Shown here: positions 25,577 through 34,783 of the stretch, in pieces
Numbering within the stretch: position 1 is the stretch's first letter
Layout of the letters: the number at the start of each line of letters is the position of its first letter
Source: Saprospiraceae bacterium
GTDB lineage: Bacteria; Bacteroidota; Bacteroidia; Chitinophagales; Saprospiraceae
Direction: 5' to 3'
Assembly (NCBI GenBank): GCA_046329435.1
Contig: JAXLUR010000012.1
Span: forward strand, 24,051-88,050
Length of the DNA stretch: 64,000 nt
Notes under the pieces: model-generated
Databases searched by the model: none
Told to the model about the DNA's origin: nothing
The model's input: only the letters and a program-made list of their open reading frames with translations
Program-made: the position numbers and the translations under genes

Positions 25577-26842
25577 TTATTTTCGGATAGCCTCCACGGG
25601 ATCGAGGCCACTGGCCTGAACAGCGGGAATCATGCCCGACAGGATGCCAATGATGATGGAGGTGATCACCCCGATGGAGATATTGGCCAGGGAAAGATGG
25701 ATGTCGAAATCCCAAACGGCGGAAACGATCAGCGTAACCGGCCAAACCAGCATCAGGCCCATCATCCCTCCCACGACGCACAAAACGACGGCTTCGAAGA
25801 GAATTTCGAGCAAAATGAACCAGCGCTTGGCGCCAAGGGCCATTTTGATGCCGATGATGTTGGTGCGTTCCCTGACGGACACAAACATAATATTGGCCAC
25901 GGAGAACATGCCCACGATGAGCGCGAAGATACCGATCACAAAGCCGGCAACATTGAGCGTGCCGAACACACTTTCCATCAAATTGCTGAGGATGGTCAGG
26001 GTGTTGAGGGCAAAATTGGACTCTTCACGCGGTTTGAGCCGTCGCTCGCCGCGCAACACGCCAGTGATTTCGTCTTTCAACTGATCGAGGTTGGCGCCGG
26101 GTTTGGCGCGCACGCCGATGGTAGCACTGCCGACCCAGGGGTTGCCGTCGCGGATATTGAAACCGCGGCGCGCCAGGGTATGGCTGATAAGTACCACATT
26201 GTCAAAGTTCATCACCTTGATAATGTCGTCGCCCGATTGTTTGGTGACGCCGATGATGCGCAGTTTGCGCCCGCCTATATTGATCTCCTTGTCGAGGGGG
26301 TCGATTCCTTCGGGGAAAAGTCCTTCGGCAATAGCATAACCGATCACGCAGACGGGCGAGCCGCTCAGGTATTCGGAGCTGGAAAAATAGCGGCCTTCGC
26401 CTTCGAACTCGAGCCGGAAGATGTTGGCGCAGGCTTCCGTACAACTCAGGAATGCCGTGTTTTCAACGCTCGACGACTGCCATTTTACGGTTTTGGAGCC
26501 CAGGTATTGCCAATACCCGATTTCGGATGCATTGTCGAGGTTGTCTTTGAGGGCTTCGTACTCTGTGAAGGTAAAATTGGGGCGGCGCATCCATTTCCAG
26601 TAGTTGGCGCCGGGGTCTTCCGACCAGGAGAATTTTTCGAGGTAGATGACGTCGTTCCCCAGCTTGGAAAAACTGCTGCGGATATTGTCTTCGAGGGAGT
26701 TGACGGCGCTTTTCACGCCGATGATGCAAAAAATACCGATCGAAATACCCAACAGCGAAAGGAAAGAGCGCAGCTTGTTGGCCATCAGCTGTTGCCAGGC
26801 CTGGGCGGCGCCTTCGAGGAGGATGCGGATGATCTGACGCAT
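25577..26842 (-). CDS. ABC transporter permease, FtsX/MacB family
   Basis: 421 aa with an N-terminal TM, a large periplasmic MacB-like domain and a C-terminal FtsX 4-TM module (IGIKMALGAKRWFILLEILFEAVVL). No ATPase gene is adjacent. Confidence 0.85.
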   Translation of the reverse strand: MRQIIRILLEGAAQAWQQLMANKLRSFLSLLGISIGIFCIIGVKSAVNSLEDNIRSSFSKLGNDVIYLEKFSWSEDPGANYWKWMRRPNFTFTEYEALKDNLDNASEIGYWQYLGSKTVKWQSSSVENTAFLSCTEACANIFRLEFEGEGRYFSSSEYLSGSPVCVIGYAIAEGLFPEGIDPLDKEINIGGRKLRIIGVTKQSGDDIIKVMNFDNVVLISHTLARRGFNIRDGNPWVGSATIGVRAKPGANLDQLKDEITGVLRGERRLKPREESNFALNTLTILSNLMESVFGTLNVAGFVIGIFALIVGMFSVANIMFVSVRERTNIIGIKMALGAKRWFILLEILFEAVVLCVVGGMMGLMLVWPVTLIVSAVWDFDIHLSLANISIGVITSIIIGILSGMIPAVQASGLDPVEAIRK

Positions 26843-26959
26843 AGCGGGAGCGGGTAATGGTTACCGGCCGGCAAAACCGTACGGGTCGCTTGTTTCATAC
26901 GAAGGTAATCCTGATGGGCAGCCTTCGGCATATCGTTTCGATGAAAAGGCTGCACTCAT

Positions 26960-27865
26960 CTATGAAGGCGTGGGATTGGCGGCTTCTTTTTCGCGCAATT
27001 GATCGCTGGTCAGCGTGCTTCCGTCGTGGCTCCAGCCCGGCGCCCCGAACAGATAACGCCAGCGGTCGGTCCAGCGCGGGCTTTTGCCGAGGTCGCGGCC
27101 GATGTTGCGCCATTCGTGAAAAATGAGGTTGAACGCGTTGGGGTGATCGATATTTTTGGTAAGGCCGTAACGGATAGGCTGGTATTGCCCGGCCGGCAGC
27201 TCGGGTTGAAAAGTGCCGAACAATTTATCCCAAATAATCAGGAACATGCCCAGGTTGCGGTCGAGGTACAGGGCGTTGGAAGCATGATGCACGCGATGGT
27301 GCGAAGGCGTGACCAGGAATTTTTCCAGCCATCCCAAATGACCGATATGTTCGGTGTGCACCAGAATACCCCAGATTTGCGTGGCTGAAAATACGAACAC
27401 GATATCGAGCGGTTTGAAGCCGAGCAACGCCAGGGGAATAAAGTAGAGGAAGCGGTACAGGGGTTGAAAAACGGAGGAACGAAAGCCCACCGTCAGGTTG
27501 AATTGTTCGGACGAATGATGCGTCACATGCACTGCCCAGAAGAAGCGGCTCTGGTGGTCGATGCGGTGCAGCCAGTAAAACACAAAATCTTCGGCAATGA
27601 CGAGGCTGAACCAGTACCAAAAGCCGCTTGCGCTCCAGCCCACGAACTGATGTCGAAAAAACCAGTCGAGAACGAGGACATATACGCCCCTGAACAGCAG
27701 GTCGATACCGCTGTTGGCCAGCATCAGGTAAAGGTTGGACAGGGTATCGCGCCAGGTGTACGAGCGGGTGTGCCGCCAGTGGCTTAAAAGGATTTCCAGG
27801 CCGATGACAATGACATAAATCGGTGTCGAAATCAGGATCAGTAGTTGTTCGCGAAAAGCTTCCAT
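26960..27865 (-). CDS. sterol desaturase/fatty acid hydroxylase superfamily protein
   Basis: 301 aa with the histidine boxes HRIDH, HVTHHSS and HHRVHH. Confidence 0.85.
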   Translation of the reverse strand: MEAFREQLLILISTPIYVIVIGLEILLSHWRHTRSYTWRDTLSNLYLMLANSGIDLLFRGVYVLVLDWFFRHQFVGWSASGFWYWFSLVIAEDFVFYWLHRIDHQSRFFWAVHVTHHSSEQFNLTVGFRSSVFQPLYRFLYFIPLALLGFKPLDIVFVFSATQIWGILVHTEHIGHLGWLEKFLVTPSHHRVHHASNALYLDRNLGMFLIIWDKLFGTFQPELPAGQYQPIRYGLTKNIDHPNAFNLIFHEWRNIGRDLGKSPRWTDRWRYLFGAPGWSHDGSTLTSDQLREKEAANPTPS

Positions 27866-27895
27866 ATCAATAACGGTAAATAAAACGCTGCGCTT

Positions 27896-28543
27896 TCAGG
27901 CACGCCATATTTTGATGATGACACTCAACCCGACCATCATCAGCACCAGCCCGGCCAGGCGGGTGATATTGCGGGTCCAGCCCGGCGTCATCGTTTTCCC
28001 GATGCGATGCGCAATGAAAAGTTTGACCAGATCCATGCCCATCAGCATACACAGCGCAGCGAGCATGAAGTAACCAGGTTCGCCGGGTTTGCCGCTCGAC
28101 ATCACCTCCGCGCTGGCGGCCGTAGCCATGCCCAGCCAGAAAAACCAGTTGGATGGATTGATCAGGTTGATCGTAAGTCCTTGCATGAACGATACCCGGC
28201 GCCGGGCCAGAATAACCTCGGCTTCGGCATTTTCCAGTGCCTCGGCGTTGGCTTTGCGCGGAATCACAGCCGACAGGCCAAAGCCGAACAACAGCAGCCC
28301 GCTGGCTACTCCGAATACGGACTGGAATGTTTCCGAATGGACGACCGATGCCAGTTGGCCCGTTCCCCACCAGCCACCCAGCGCCAGTGCGGCATCGCTG
28401 ACAAATGCCCCGCCAATCAGTGCCAGACCATGTCGGAGGCCGCGTTCGAGCGTCACCCGCAAGCCGGCAAAAAACATGGGGCCCAACAGCAAACCGTACG
28501 CCAAGCCGGCAGCCGCTCCTTTAAACAGGGTTTCCATAGCCAA
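27896..28543 (-). CDS. LysE-family amino-acid efflux translocator
   Basis: 215 aa with about 6 TM segments. Its character is LysE/RhtB-like (GPMFFAGLRVTLERG...). Confidence 0.7.
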   Translation of the reverse strand: MAMETLFKGAAAGLAYGLLLGPMFFAGLRVTLERGLRHGLALIGGAFVSDAALALGGWWGTGQLASVVHSETFQSVFGVASGLLLFGFGLSAVIPRKANAEALENAEAEVILARRRVSFMQGLTINLINPSNWFFWLGMATAASAEVMSSGKPGEPGYFMLAALCMLMGMDLVKLFIAHRIGKTMTPGWTRNITRLAGLVLMMVGLSVIIKIWRA

Positions 28544-28554
28544 TCAGTTGTTTT

Positions 28555-30096
28555 TCAAAGTATTCTCAGCTCGTTGCGCAGAAACTGTGAAAAGTTTTCC
28601 TGGGTCACCCCCTTCAACACCCGCGGCACTTTGGCCTGACCATTCATTTTGCCCTGACTGTCGAGCCAGCGGTAAAAAAATTCATGTGGCAACAATTCCA
28701 CCCTGACTTCCTGCAAGGCATAGCGGCGTTCCACGCAGTAGTCGTCGTTGATCCGTTGTAAATGCCGGTCGAGCACACTGGCCATCTGAACGGCGTTGTG
28801 CATTTCGGGGTGATCGGCACTGATGAACCACTGGTGGGCCCAGTGCGTGCCGTTGGGTACAGCCATCACGGCAAATTCCTTGATTCCTACGCCGAGCTCC
28901 AGATCGGTCAGCCGGATGGCCTCGTTCATATTGTCGATGGAAAGGTGTTCGCCGACAACGCTGAGGTAGTGTTTTACCCGGCCGGTGACTTTGAACTCAA
29001 GGCGCGCCAGGTCGGTGAATTTGACCGTGTCGCCCAGCAGGTAACGCCATGCCCCGGAAGGAGTCGTCAGCAGAATGGCATATTCCTGATCGGCTTCGAT
29101 CTGGTCGATGGCAAAGGCGCGGGCGCCGGGCAAGAGGTCGCCGTTTTCATCAAAATTCTGGTCGTCGAACGGCACGAATTCGTAAAACAAACGGCAATCT
29201 GTCAGCAGTTTCAGGTCGCGCGATTCAGGGCGTGTCTGGTAGCCGATAAATCCTTCGGACGCCATGTAACTGTCCATGTATTTGACCGCGCGTCCGATCA
29301 GTTGTTCGAAGGTGACGCGATACGGCTCGAAGAAAATTCCGCCATGCGTCAGGAAGCGGAAATTGGGCCAGATTTCGTGGATATGACGCAAGCCGTGGCG
29401 TTCGATGATGCGTTCGAAAATCAGTTGCACCCACGCGACGTTGCCTACGATAAAGCCGATGTCCCACTGGGGTGCTTCTTCGGCAATTTTATCAATGCGG
29501 GCATCCCATTCCGGCAGATCAGTGATGTGTTTGCCGGGGCGGTAGTAGCGTTCGAGCCAGAAGGGGCGGTTCATGCCGATAATGCCCGACATATCGCCCA
29601 CGAAGTGATCGCCTTCATGGGTCAATTGCGTGCAACTGCCCACCATCAACATCTGACGGGTAAACTGATCGGGTGACAGGTCGAATTTTGACAGATCGCA
29701 GAACATGCGGCGCGAGACCTTTTTCATGGCCCGGATCATTTCGGCTGTCACCGGAATGTATTTGGACGCAGCGCCCGAAGTACCGCTGCTTACGGCAAAC
29801 CAGGGAATCTGCCCGGGCCAGGCCACATCCATCTCATCGGCGCGTGCGCGCGACCACCACTGGTTGTAAATCCGGTCGTAGTCGTGAATCGGCACATGTT
29901 CCTGAAAAGCCCTGATCAGATCGCGGGTAGTCAGAATATCGTGAAACCCGTAGGTATTCCCGATGGCAGTATCGCGGGCTTCCAGCAAAAGTCGTCGGAG
30001 CTGATGCCTTTGTTGAGCGATGGGGGAAAGTAGCGTCTCCTCGCGGGTGGCGCCGAGTCGAATACCGGTTTTGATGATCTTACCCAGCAGATACAT
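28555..30096 (-). CDS. GH3 auxin-responsive-promoter family (acyl-adenylate-forming) protein
   Basis: 513 aa. The FAVSSGTSGAASKYIPVT motif and overall pattern match the bacterial GH3 family common in Bacteroidota. Confidence 0.8.
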   Translation of the reverse strand: MYLLGKIIKTGIRLGATREETLLSPIAQQRHQLRRLLLEARDTAIGNTYGFHDILTTRDLIRAFQEHVPIHDYDRIYNQWWSRARADEMDVAWPGQIPWFAVSSGTSGAASKYIPVTAEMIRAMKKVSRRMFCDLSKFDLSPDQFTRQMLMVGSCTQLTHEGDHFVGDMSGIIGMNRPFWLERYYRPGKHITDLPEWDARIDKIAEEAPQWDIGFIVGNVAWVQLIFERIIERHGLRHIHEIWPNFRFLTHGGIFFEPYRVTFEQLIGRAVKYMDSYMASEGFIGYQTRPESRDLKLLTDCRLFYEFVPFDDQNFDENGDLLPGARAFAIDQIEADQEYAILLTTPSGAWRYLLGDTVKFTDLARLEFKVTGRVKHYLSVVGEHLSIDNMNEAIRLTDLELGVGIKEFAVMAVPNGTHWAHQWFISADHPEMHNAVQMASVLDRHLQRINDDYCVERRYALQEVRVELLPHEFFYRWLDSQGKMNGQAKVPRVLKGVTQENFSQFLRNELRIL

Positions 30097-30316
30097 AAGG
30101 CAGCAACTTTTTTTAAAGACAAACAGCGTTCGGTGTCTTTGTCAAAAATGACGGGCAAAAGTAAGCTACACACCTGTGCATCTGGTCAGTATCGTGTTAC
30201 AAATGCGTTAACGGCGTGGTAAACGTTTGATTTTTCGATCAATACATTGACCTGCCCGACAAGTTTTGACCTTCAACTTTGCCGCTTTGGCAAGTAGAAA
30301 TCGCCCTGCAGGTGTC

Positions 30317-32176
30317 TCAGAAGCGCCGTTTGCGATCGGCCCGTGTTTTTTGATCGGCCGGGCAACCGTTGTTGGCCGCTTCTCCTTTTTTGTCCGGGCA
30401 TTTGTCACTGGCGTCGGGCACCCCGTCGCCGTCTTTATCGCTGTCGGGCCCCTGCGCGTTTGCTTCTTTCTTTTCGTCGATGATGGTTTGGAGTTGTTGC
30501 CAGACGCTGCGTTTCAGATTCGCCTTGTCCGCCACAATTTCGCTCACCCGGGTCGCAACTTCGCTGCCTTCGAGGCGCTGCAGGGCAGGCATCAGTTGTT
30601 CGAGTTGTTCGGGTTGCGCCGCAGCGCTGGCGCGTTCCAGAATGCTTTGCTCGATGGCCGGCTGTACTGCTTTGAGCAATTCGGGCCGTTGGGCAGCCAG
30701 GTTGGTCACGTCGGCAAGGTGTTCGCTTTGCGGATAATTGCGCAGAAAATCGGTGATTTTAGCGGCGGTAGGGTGCTCCTGCATATTGTGCAGGTAAGCG
30801 GCTTCCACCTCGGCCTGCAACTCGGCCCGGAGCTCGGCCCGGTTGTCGACCAGCTGACGCACCTGGTCGAGGCGCTCGCTGTCGTAGTATTCCTTCATAT
30901 ACTGACGCACATTGCCGACCGAGGGATCGCGGTTTACGTATTCCCAGGCCTTTCCTTCGAGGGCTTTTACTTTTTCATTCGCGGCTTGTTCAAATTTTCC
31001 GCTGGCAAACCGACGCTGGTAAGCCCGCCAGTCGGTCAGGGCGCCGCTGATTTCTGCCCTGCGGAAATAGGCCGTTTCGAGGTAGGAATTGGTCTGATCG
31101 TGGTCATAGGTGTTGATGTATTCCTGATAGGCCTCGGGGCTGTCGCGCAAGCTGGCCATCCACCAGTCGCGGGTAGCGGGCGGCGTAAATGCCCAGGTTG
31201 CCGAAGTGCCGAACACCAGAAACGCCAGAAAAAACGCCACGGCCCGCAACCCTTTCCGGCTTCCCGATGCTTCTGATGGCTCGGGCGCCGGCAGTGGCTC
31301 CGCTTGCCCGATTACTATTTCAGGCATGGGCGGCGGCAATGGCGATGCCGGTGAATACTTCTCCAGTTCGGGCGTGTGGGGAGGCACGGGCGCGCTTCCG
31401 GCCCCCGGGCGCGATTCGAGGGTGACTTTTTCTCCACTTGCCTTCAAGGGCGTTTCCGGCAATTCCGCCGCGGCTTCCGTGACGATGGTAACGGTTTCAA
31501 GGATGGAGACTTCCCTCGGCACGTACTTGTTCAGGTTGGGATTAAATTCCAGCATCGACACCTTAACCATTAGCTGATGCTGGCCGTCTGTTTTGGGCGT
31601 CACGGAAAACAGCCATTGGGTGTAGCCCAACGGCCGCACCAGTTGCTCCGTTTCGCTCAGCGAACGAACGGCAAAAACCTCGCCCTCGGGGTCGATCAAT
31701 TCGGCTTTCATCATTTCCGACACTTCCACTTTGGGGCGGAGCCGTACATCGTCGTCGAGTACGATATCTTCCAGAATGGCGTCTTCGTCCATGGCTACCC
31801 GCACCGTGCAGATCGTCGGTTTGCGCAAGGGCATGCGATGCGGCACGCGGTACAGCACACTGCCCGTGCGTGCGGCCGGCCCGGCTTCACGGCCCGTGCC
31901 GGCTTCGAAATCCGCTTCTGCAAGCGCATTGATCATATCCAGACATTCCGCCCGGATGGTATCCACCCGCCGCTGGTAGTCTTCGGAACTGATGGTATTG
32001 CGAATACGCTCCTTGTTGGCATCTTTCAGGCGGGCCTGCAAGGCAAGCACCTGACTGTTCTTGTCGCCGTTTTCCGGCAGCAGTTCTTTCAGGGCCTGAA
32101 GTGTGGCAGCGAGGTCTTCGATCAGCAGTTCGCGCAGGTCTTTGACCAGGTCGGGCAGAGGTTTAGGGAGTGGCAT
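30317..32176 (-). CDS. multidomain membrane protein: EAD-like N-terminal helical domain, beta-rich domain, Pro-rich linker, TM, TPR-like repeats, C-terminal thrombospondin type-3 (Ca-binding) motif
   Basis: 619 aa. Residues 1-90 are LIEDLAATLQALKELLPENGDKNSQVLALQARLKDANKERIRNTISSEDYQRRVDTIRAECLDMINAL. The TM spans 309-330 (GLRAVAFFLAFLVFGTSATWAF). Repeated Y-x2-Y...YP-x-S-x-H-like motifs follow. The C-terminus is DSDKDGDGVPDASDKCPDKKGEAANNGCP. Confidence 0.7.
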   Translation of the reverse strand: MPLPKPLPDLVKDLRELLIEDLAATLQALKELLPENGDKNSQVLALQARLKDANKERIRNTISSEDYQRRVDTIRAECLDMINALAEADFEAGTGREAGPAARTGSVLYRVPHRMPLRKPTICTVRVAMDEDAILEDIVLDDDVRLRPKVEVSEMMKAELIDPEGEVFAVRSLSETEQLVRPLGYTQWLFSVTPKTDGQHQLMVKVSMLEFNPNLNKYVPREVSILETVTIVTEAAAELPETPLKASGEKVTLESRPGAGSAPVPPHTPELEKYSPASPLPPPMPEIVIGQAEPLPAPEPSEASGSRKGLRAVAFFLAFLVFGTSATWAFTPPATRDWWMASLRDSPEAYQEYINTYDHDQTNSYLETAYFRRAEISGALTDWRAYQRRFASGKFEQAANEKVKALEGKAWEYVNRDPSVGNVRQYMKEYYDSERLDQVRQLVDNRAELRAELQAEVEAAYLHNMQEHPTAAKITDFLRNYPQSEHLADVTNLAAQRPELLKAVQPAIEQSILERASAAAQPEQLEQLMPALQRLEGSEVATRVSEIVADKANLKRSVWQQLQTIIDEKKEANAQGPDSDKDGDGVPDASDKCPDKKGEAANNGCPADQKTRADRKRRF

Positions 32177-32197
32177 GACGCGGAGCGGTGGCTAAGC

Positions 32198-32239
32198 GTG
32201 TGTTTAAATTTCAGTCCGGCGACTGAAATTTAAACACAC
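32198..32239. repeat. perfect 19-bp inverted repeat with a 4-nt loop
   Basis: gtgtgtttaaatttcagtc-cggc-gactgaaatttaaacacac. It lies between the fucosidase stop (32291) and the start of the 30317-32176 gene. No adjacent U-tract is present on either strand. Confidence 0.8.
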
Positions 32240-32290
32240 TCAAAAATGAAGGATTTGGAAACGGGGTGTTTCCTGGAAGTGAATGACAAA

Positions 32291-34456
32291 TCAATGCGCC
32301 AGTTGGGCGGGCAAAAATTCCTGGAGCGTACTGCCTACGGTGCCGTGCCTAACCTTGAGATTGGCCGCGCCGCCGCTGTTGAAATACACCAGTTTGACGC
32401 CGTGCCAACCCTGCTGGAGCAAGGCCATACCGTTTTTGGTCTGATTGCTGTGATCGCCGTCATTGTTCACAACCAGTTCATTATCAATATATAATAAACT
32501 GCCATCATCGCTCTCTAGCGAGAATTCGTAGCCGCCCGTACGGGCCAACTTGATGTAGCCGGTCCAGATCATTCCGCAGCGGTCGGAATTGCAAAGCGGG
32601 TCGAGGGCGAAGTCAAACGATTCGTACTCGCGCTCCGTTTTGCCGTCGCGCTGCAGGGTGCTGGAGTTGTATTTCGAAGCCGTCAGCACCTGTGTGCGCA
32701 GGCCGGAAGCAGGTTCGCGAAGCATCGACAGGCTCGGCAGCATACGGTACGATTTGACCCGTACGGAATCTTCTCCGCTGGGCAACACGCCCGTTTTGAA
32801 TGCTTTTGCCCGAATGAGGCCCGAGCCGCTTACCGGCACGGTGGAGGTAAACAGATTGGAGTTTTCGCGCGGTTCGCTGCCGTCGGTAGTGTAACGGATG
32901 GTGGTTCCCGGAGTGGCGCATTTGATATCCATCGTGGCCTGCATCGACAAGGGGTTGTAATGCAGATCGATATCCGGTCGGGCAATGTAGTTGCCGTAGT
33001 TGTTGATTTTCAAGGCATAAGCATAATCGGTGGAAAATTTGGCAGGGTTGTATTCGGGCAGGTAAACCACCGTATTGCCGCCTTGCTGGGCCTCGATGCG
33101 CAGTTTTTCCCGGGTAGCCAGGAGCGTAACTTCGGTATTGGCTGGCAGCTGAATGCCGCGAAGAACAACTTTTCGGTCGGCCGGGTATTTGGGCAGAATG
33201 GCATACACCGCATTCTGCTTTGGATTCCAGGTGAAAAATACCTCTTTCACGGCGAAACCCGGATCGGGGTTGACGGTTTGTTTGAGAATGAGGTCGCCGC
33301 TTGTTTTCCACTGGTCTATTAATTCGGGCGTGAAATTGCGATTGCCGGCGCTCCACTGGCAGTCGTTGCGCCAGCGACGGGTGCCGTAAATGGCCTCGCC
33401 GTTGGCACTCAGCCATTTACCCATTTCAATCAGTCGTTCCTGCATGATCGGCGGAATCTGGCCGTGCGCGTCGGGGCCGATGTCGAGCAGGAAATTACCC
33501 CCGCGCGACACCTTGTCGATCAACTGAAGCACGAGTGATTGGGCCGAGTTGTAGTCCCAGGCATCTTCTGCGCGGTTGTAACCGTATGAATACCCGATAC
33601 CGCGGCTTTCTTCCCAGGGGTGGTCGGGGAAATCGAGATCGGGCTGGTATTCCGGCGTGTAAAAGCCTCCGTGGCTGAAACGCACGCCGGCGCCCCAACG
33701 ATCATTGACTGCAACATAGTCGCGTACAGGGCTTTGCGTGTACAGCCACGACAAAAACTGCGGCGACTGCCAGGTTTCGGGAGAAGCATCCCAGTCGCCG
33801 TCGGCCCAGAGCACCCAGGGTTGGTAATTTTGAACCAGTTCGTACAGTTGCGGGAGCATGTGTTCCTCCGCATACCGGCGCTGGTCGTAGCGCCAGAGCG
33901 GGTTGTACCATTCGTACAGGGAGTAATAAAGGCCGGGTTTGACCGAGGTTTTGCGCAAGGCGGTGAACAATTCGCCCACCAGGTCGCGGCGCGGGCCACG
34001 CGAGGCGGCGTTCCAGGGGATTCCCCAGTTGCGGTTGGCTTCCTCGCTTGGCCAGAGGCAAAAGCCGTCGTGGTGTTTGGAGGTCAAAACCACGTATTTG
34101 GCGCCGGCGTACTGAAACAGGTTGGCCCAGTCGTCGGCATTGAACAGTTCGGCGTGAAAATCGTCGGCGAGGTCGTAATAGGTACGGGTACCGAAATTGA
34201 TCTGGTGGTAAGCGCTGATGGCGCCGTCGGGATCATTCTGCTGAAGAGAATTCTGGTACCATTCTGCATAGCGCCCCTTGGGCGTAAAGGCCGGCACCGA
34301 GTACACCCCCCAATGGATAAAAATACCGAATTTGGCATCCTGCCACCATTCCGGCGTGGGGCGTTGATCGAGAGAAGACCAGGTGGGCTGGTAAACTTTT
34401 TGCGCCGAAACAGACAGGCAGACGAGGCAAAAAGCCAGAATAAACAATTTACGCAT
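32291..34456 (-). CDS. alpha-L-fucosidase (GH29) with C-terminal accessory domains including a PA14-like domain
   Basis: ORF 32291-34507 trimmed to MRKLFILAFCLVCLSVSAQ. The GH29 motifs are WWQDAKFGIFIHWGVYSVPAF and VVLTSKHHDGFCLWPS. The C-terminus GMIWTGYIKLARTGGYEFSLESDDGSLLYIDNELVVNNDGDH is PA14-like. Confidence 0.9.
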   Translation of the reverse strand: MRKLFILAFCLVCLSVSAQKVYQPTWSSLDQRPTPEWWQDAKFGIFIHWGVYSVPAFTPKGRYAEWYQNSLQQNDPDGAISAYHQINFGTRTYYDLADDFHAELFNADDWANLFQYAGAKYVVLTSKHHDGFCLWPSEEANRNWGIPWNAASRGPRRDLVGELFTALRKTSVKPGLYYSLYEWYNPLWRYDQRRYAEEHMLPQLYELVQNYQPWVLWADGDWDASPETWQSPQFLSWLYTQSPVRDYVAVNDRWGAGVRFSHGGFYTPEYQPDLDFPDHPWEESRGIGYSYGYNRAEDAWDYNSAQSLVLQLIDKVSRGGNFLLDIGPDAHGQIPPIMQERLIEMGKWLSANGEAIYGTRRWRNDCQWSAGNRNFTPELIDQWKTSGDLILKQTVNPDPGFAVKEVFFTWNPKQNAVYAILPKYPADRKVVLRGIQLPANTEVTLLATREKLRIEAQQGGNTVVYLPEYNPAKFSTDYAYALKINNYGNYIARPDIDLHYNPLSMQATMDIKCATPGTTIRYTTDGSEPRENSNLFTSTVPVSGSGLIRAKAFKTGVLPSGEDSVRVKSYRMLPSLSMLREPASGLRTQVLTASKYNSSTLQRDGKTEREYESFDFALDPLCNSDRCGMIWTGYIKLARTGGYEFSLESDDGSLLYIDNELVVNNDGDHSNQTKNGMALLQQGWHGVKLVYFNSGGAANLKVRHGTVGSTLQEFLPAQLAH

Positions 34457-34606
34457 GGCGAAAACGGGGAATTTGGAGGGTGAAGGAAATGGGTTTGACT
34501 TTGACAAAAGTAGCCTACAGCAGCATTGCTGAAAAAAAATTTACCACAGCGGGTTGCCGGATTCAAATTTAGCGCACATCTTTGCCGCATCAGTACAGTA
34601 GTACAC

Positions 34607-34699
34607 ATGCAACAACACCGCGCATATTATTTTGGCTTTTTGGGTTACTTTTTCTTTTTCGGAAAACGTGACAGGAACAGCCAGTGTGCCATGGTGTAA
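34607..34699 (+). CDS. putative Phe/Tyr-rich leader peptide (30 aa) of the pheA operon attenuator
   Basis: My own translation from ATG 34607 to TAA 34697-34699 gives MQQHRAYYFGFLGYFFFFGKRDRNSQCAMV. It has 6 Phe and 3 Tyr within 12 codons, including four consecutive Phe codons at 34649-34660. It is below the ORF-track cutoff and is followed by a terminator just before pheA. Confidence 0.6.
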   Translation: MQQHRAYYFGFLGYFFFFGKRDRNSQCAMV

Positions 34700-34728
34700 C
34701 TAACAGAAAAACAAAAATTCACCATCAT

Positions 34729-34769
34729 AACGGGAGTTCCTGCAACGCAGGGGCTCCCGTTTTCTTTTT
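34729..34769 (+). terminator. attenuator terminator immediately upstream of pheA
   Basis: aacgggagttcctgc-aac-gcaggggctcccgtt forms a stem of about 15 bp including two G-U pairs. It is followed by ttttcttttt and ends 15 nt before the ATG at 34784. Confidence 0.7.
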
Positions 34770-34783
34770 CTCCACACCCAGAT

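Noticed and set aside
25577-26842. The lone FtsX/MacB permease, considered as part of a novel transport or defence module.
   Set aside because: Solitary MacB-type permease genes with the ATPase encoded elsewhere are commonplace in Bacteroidota. The neighbours (LolA-like, sterol desaturase) give no coherent system.
30097-30316. A 220-nt gap and ORF 30208-30408 (66 aa), considered as a possible small gene.
   Set aside because: The ORF overlaps the 3' end of the 619-aa gene in another frame and is Lys/Arg/Pro-rich without features. It is more likely the promoter/5'UTR region of the GH3-family gene.
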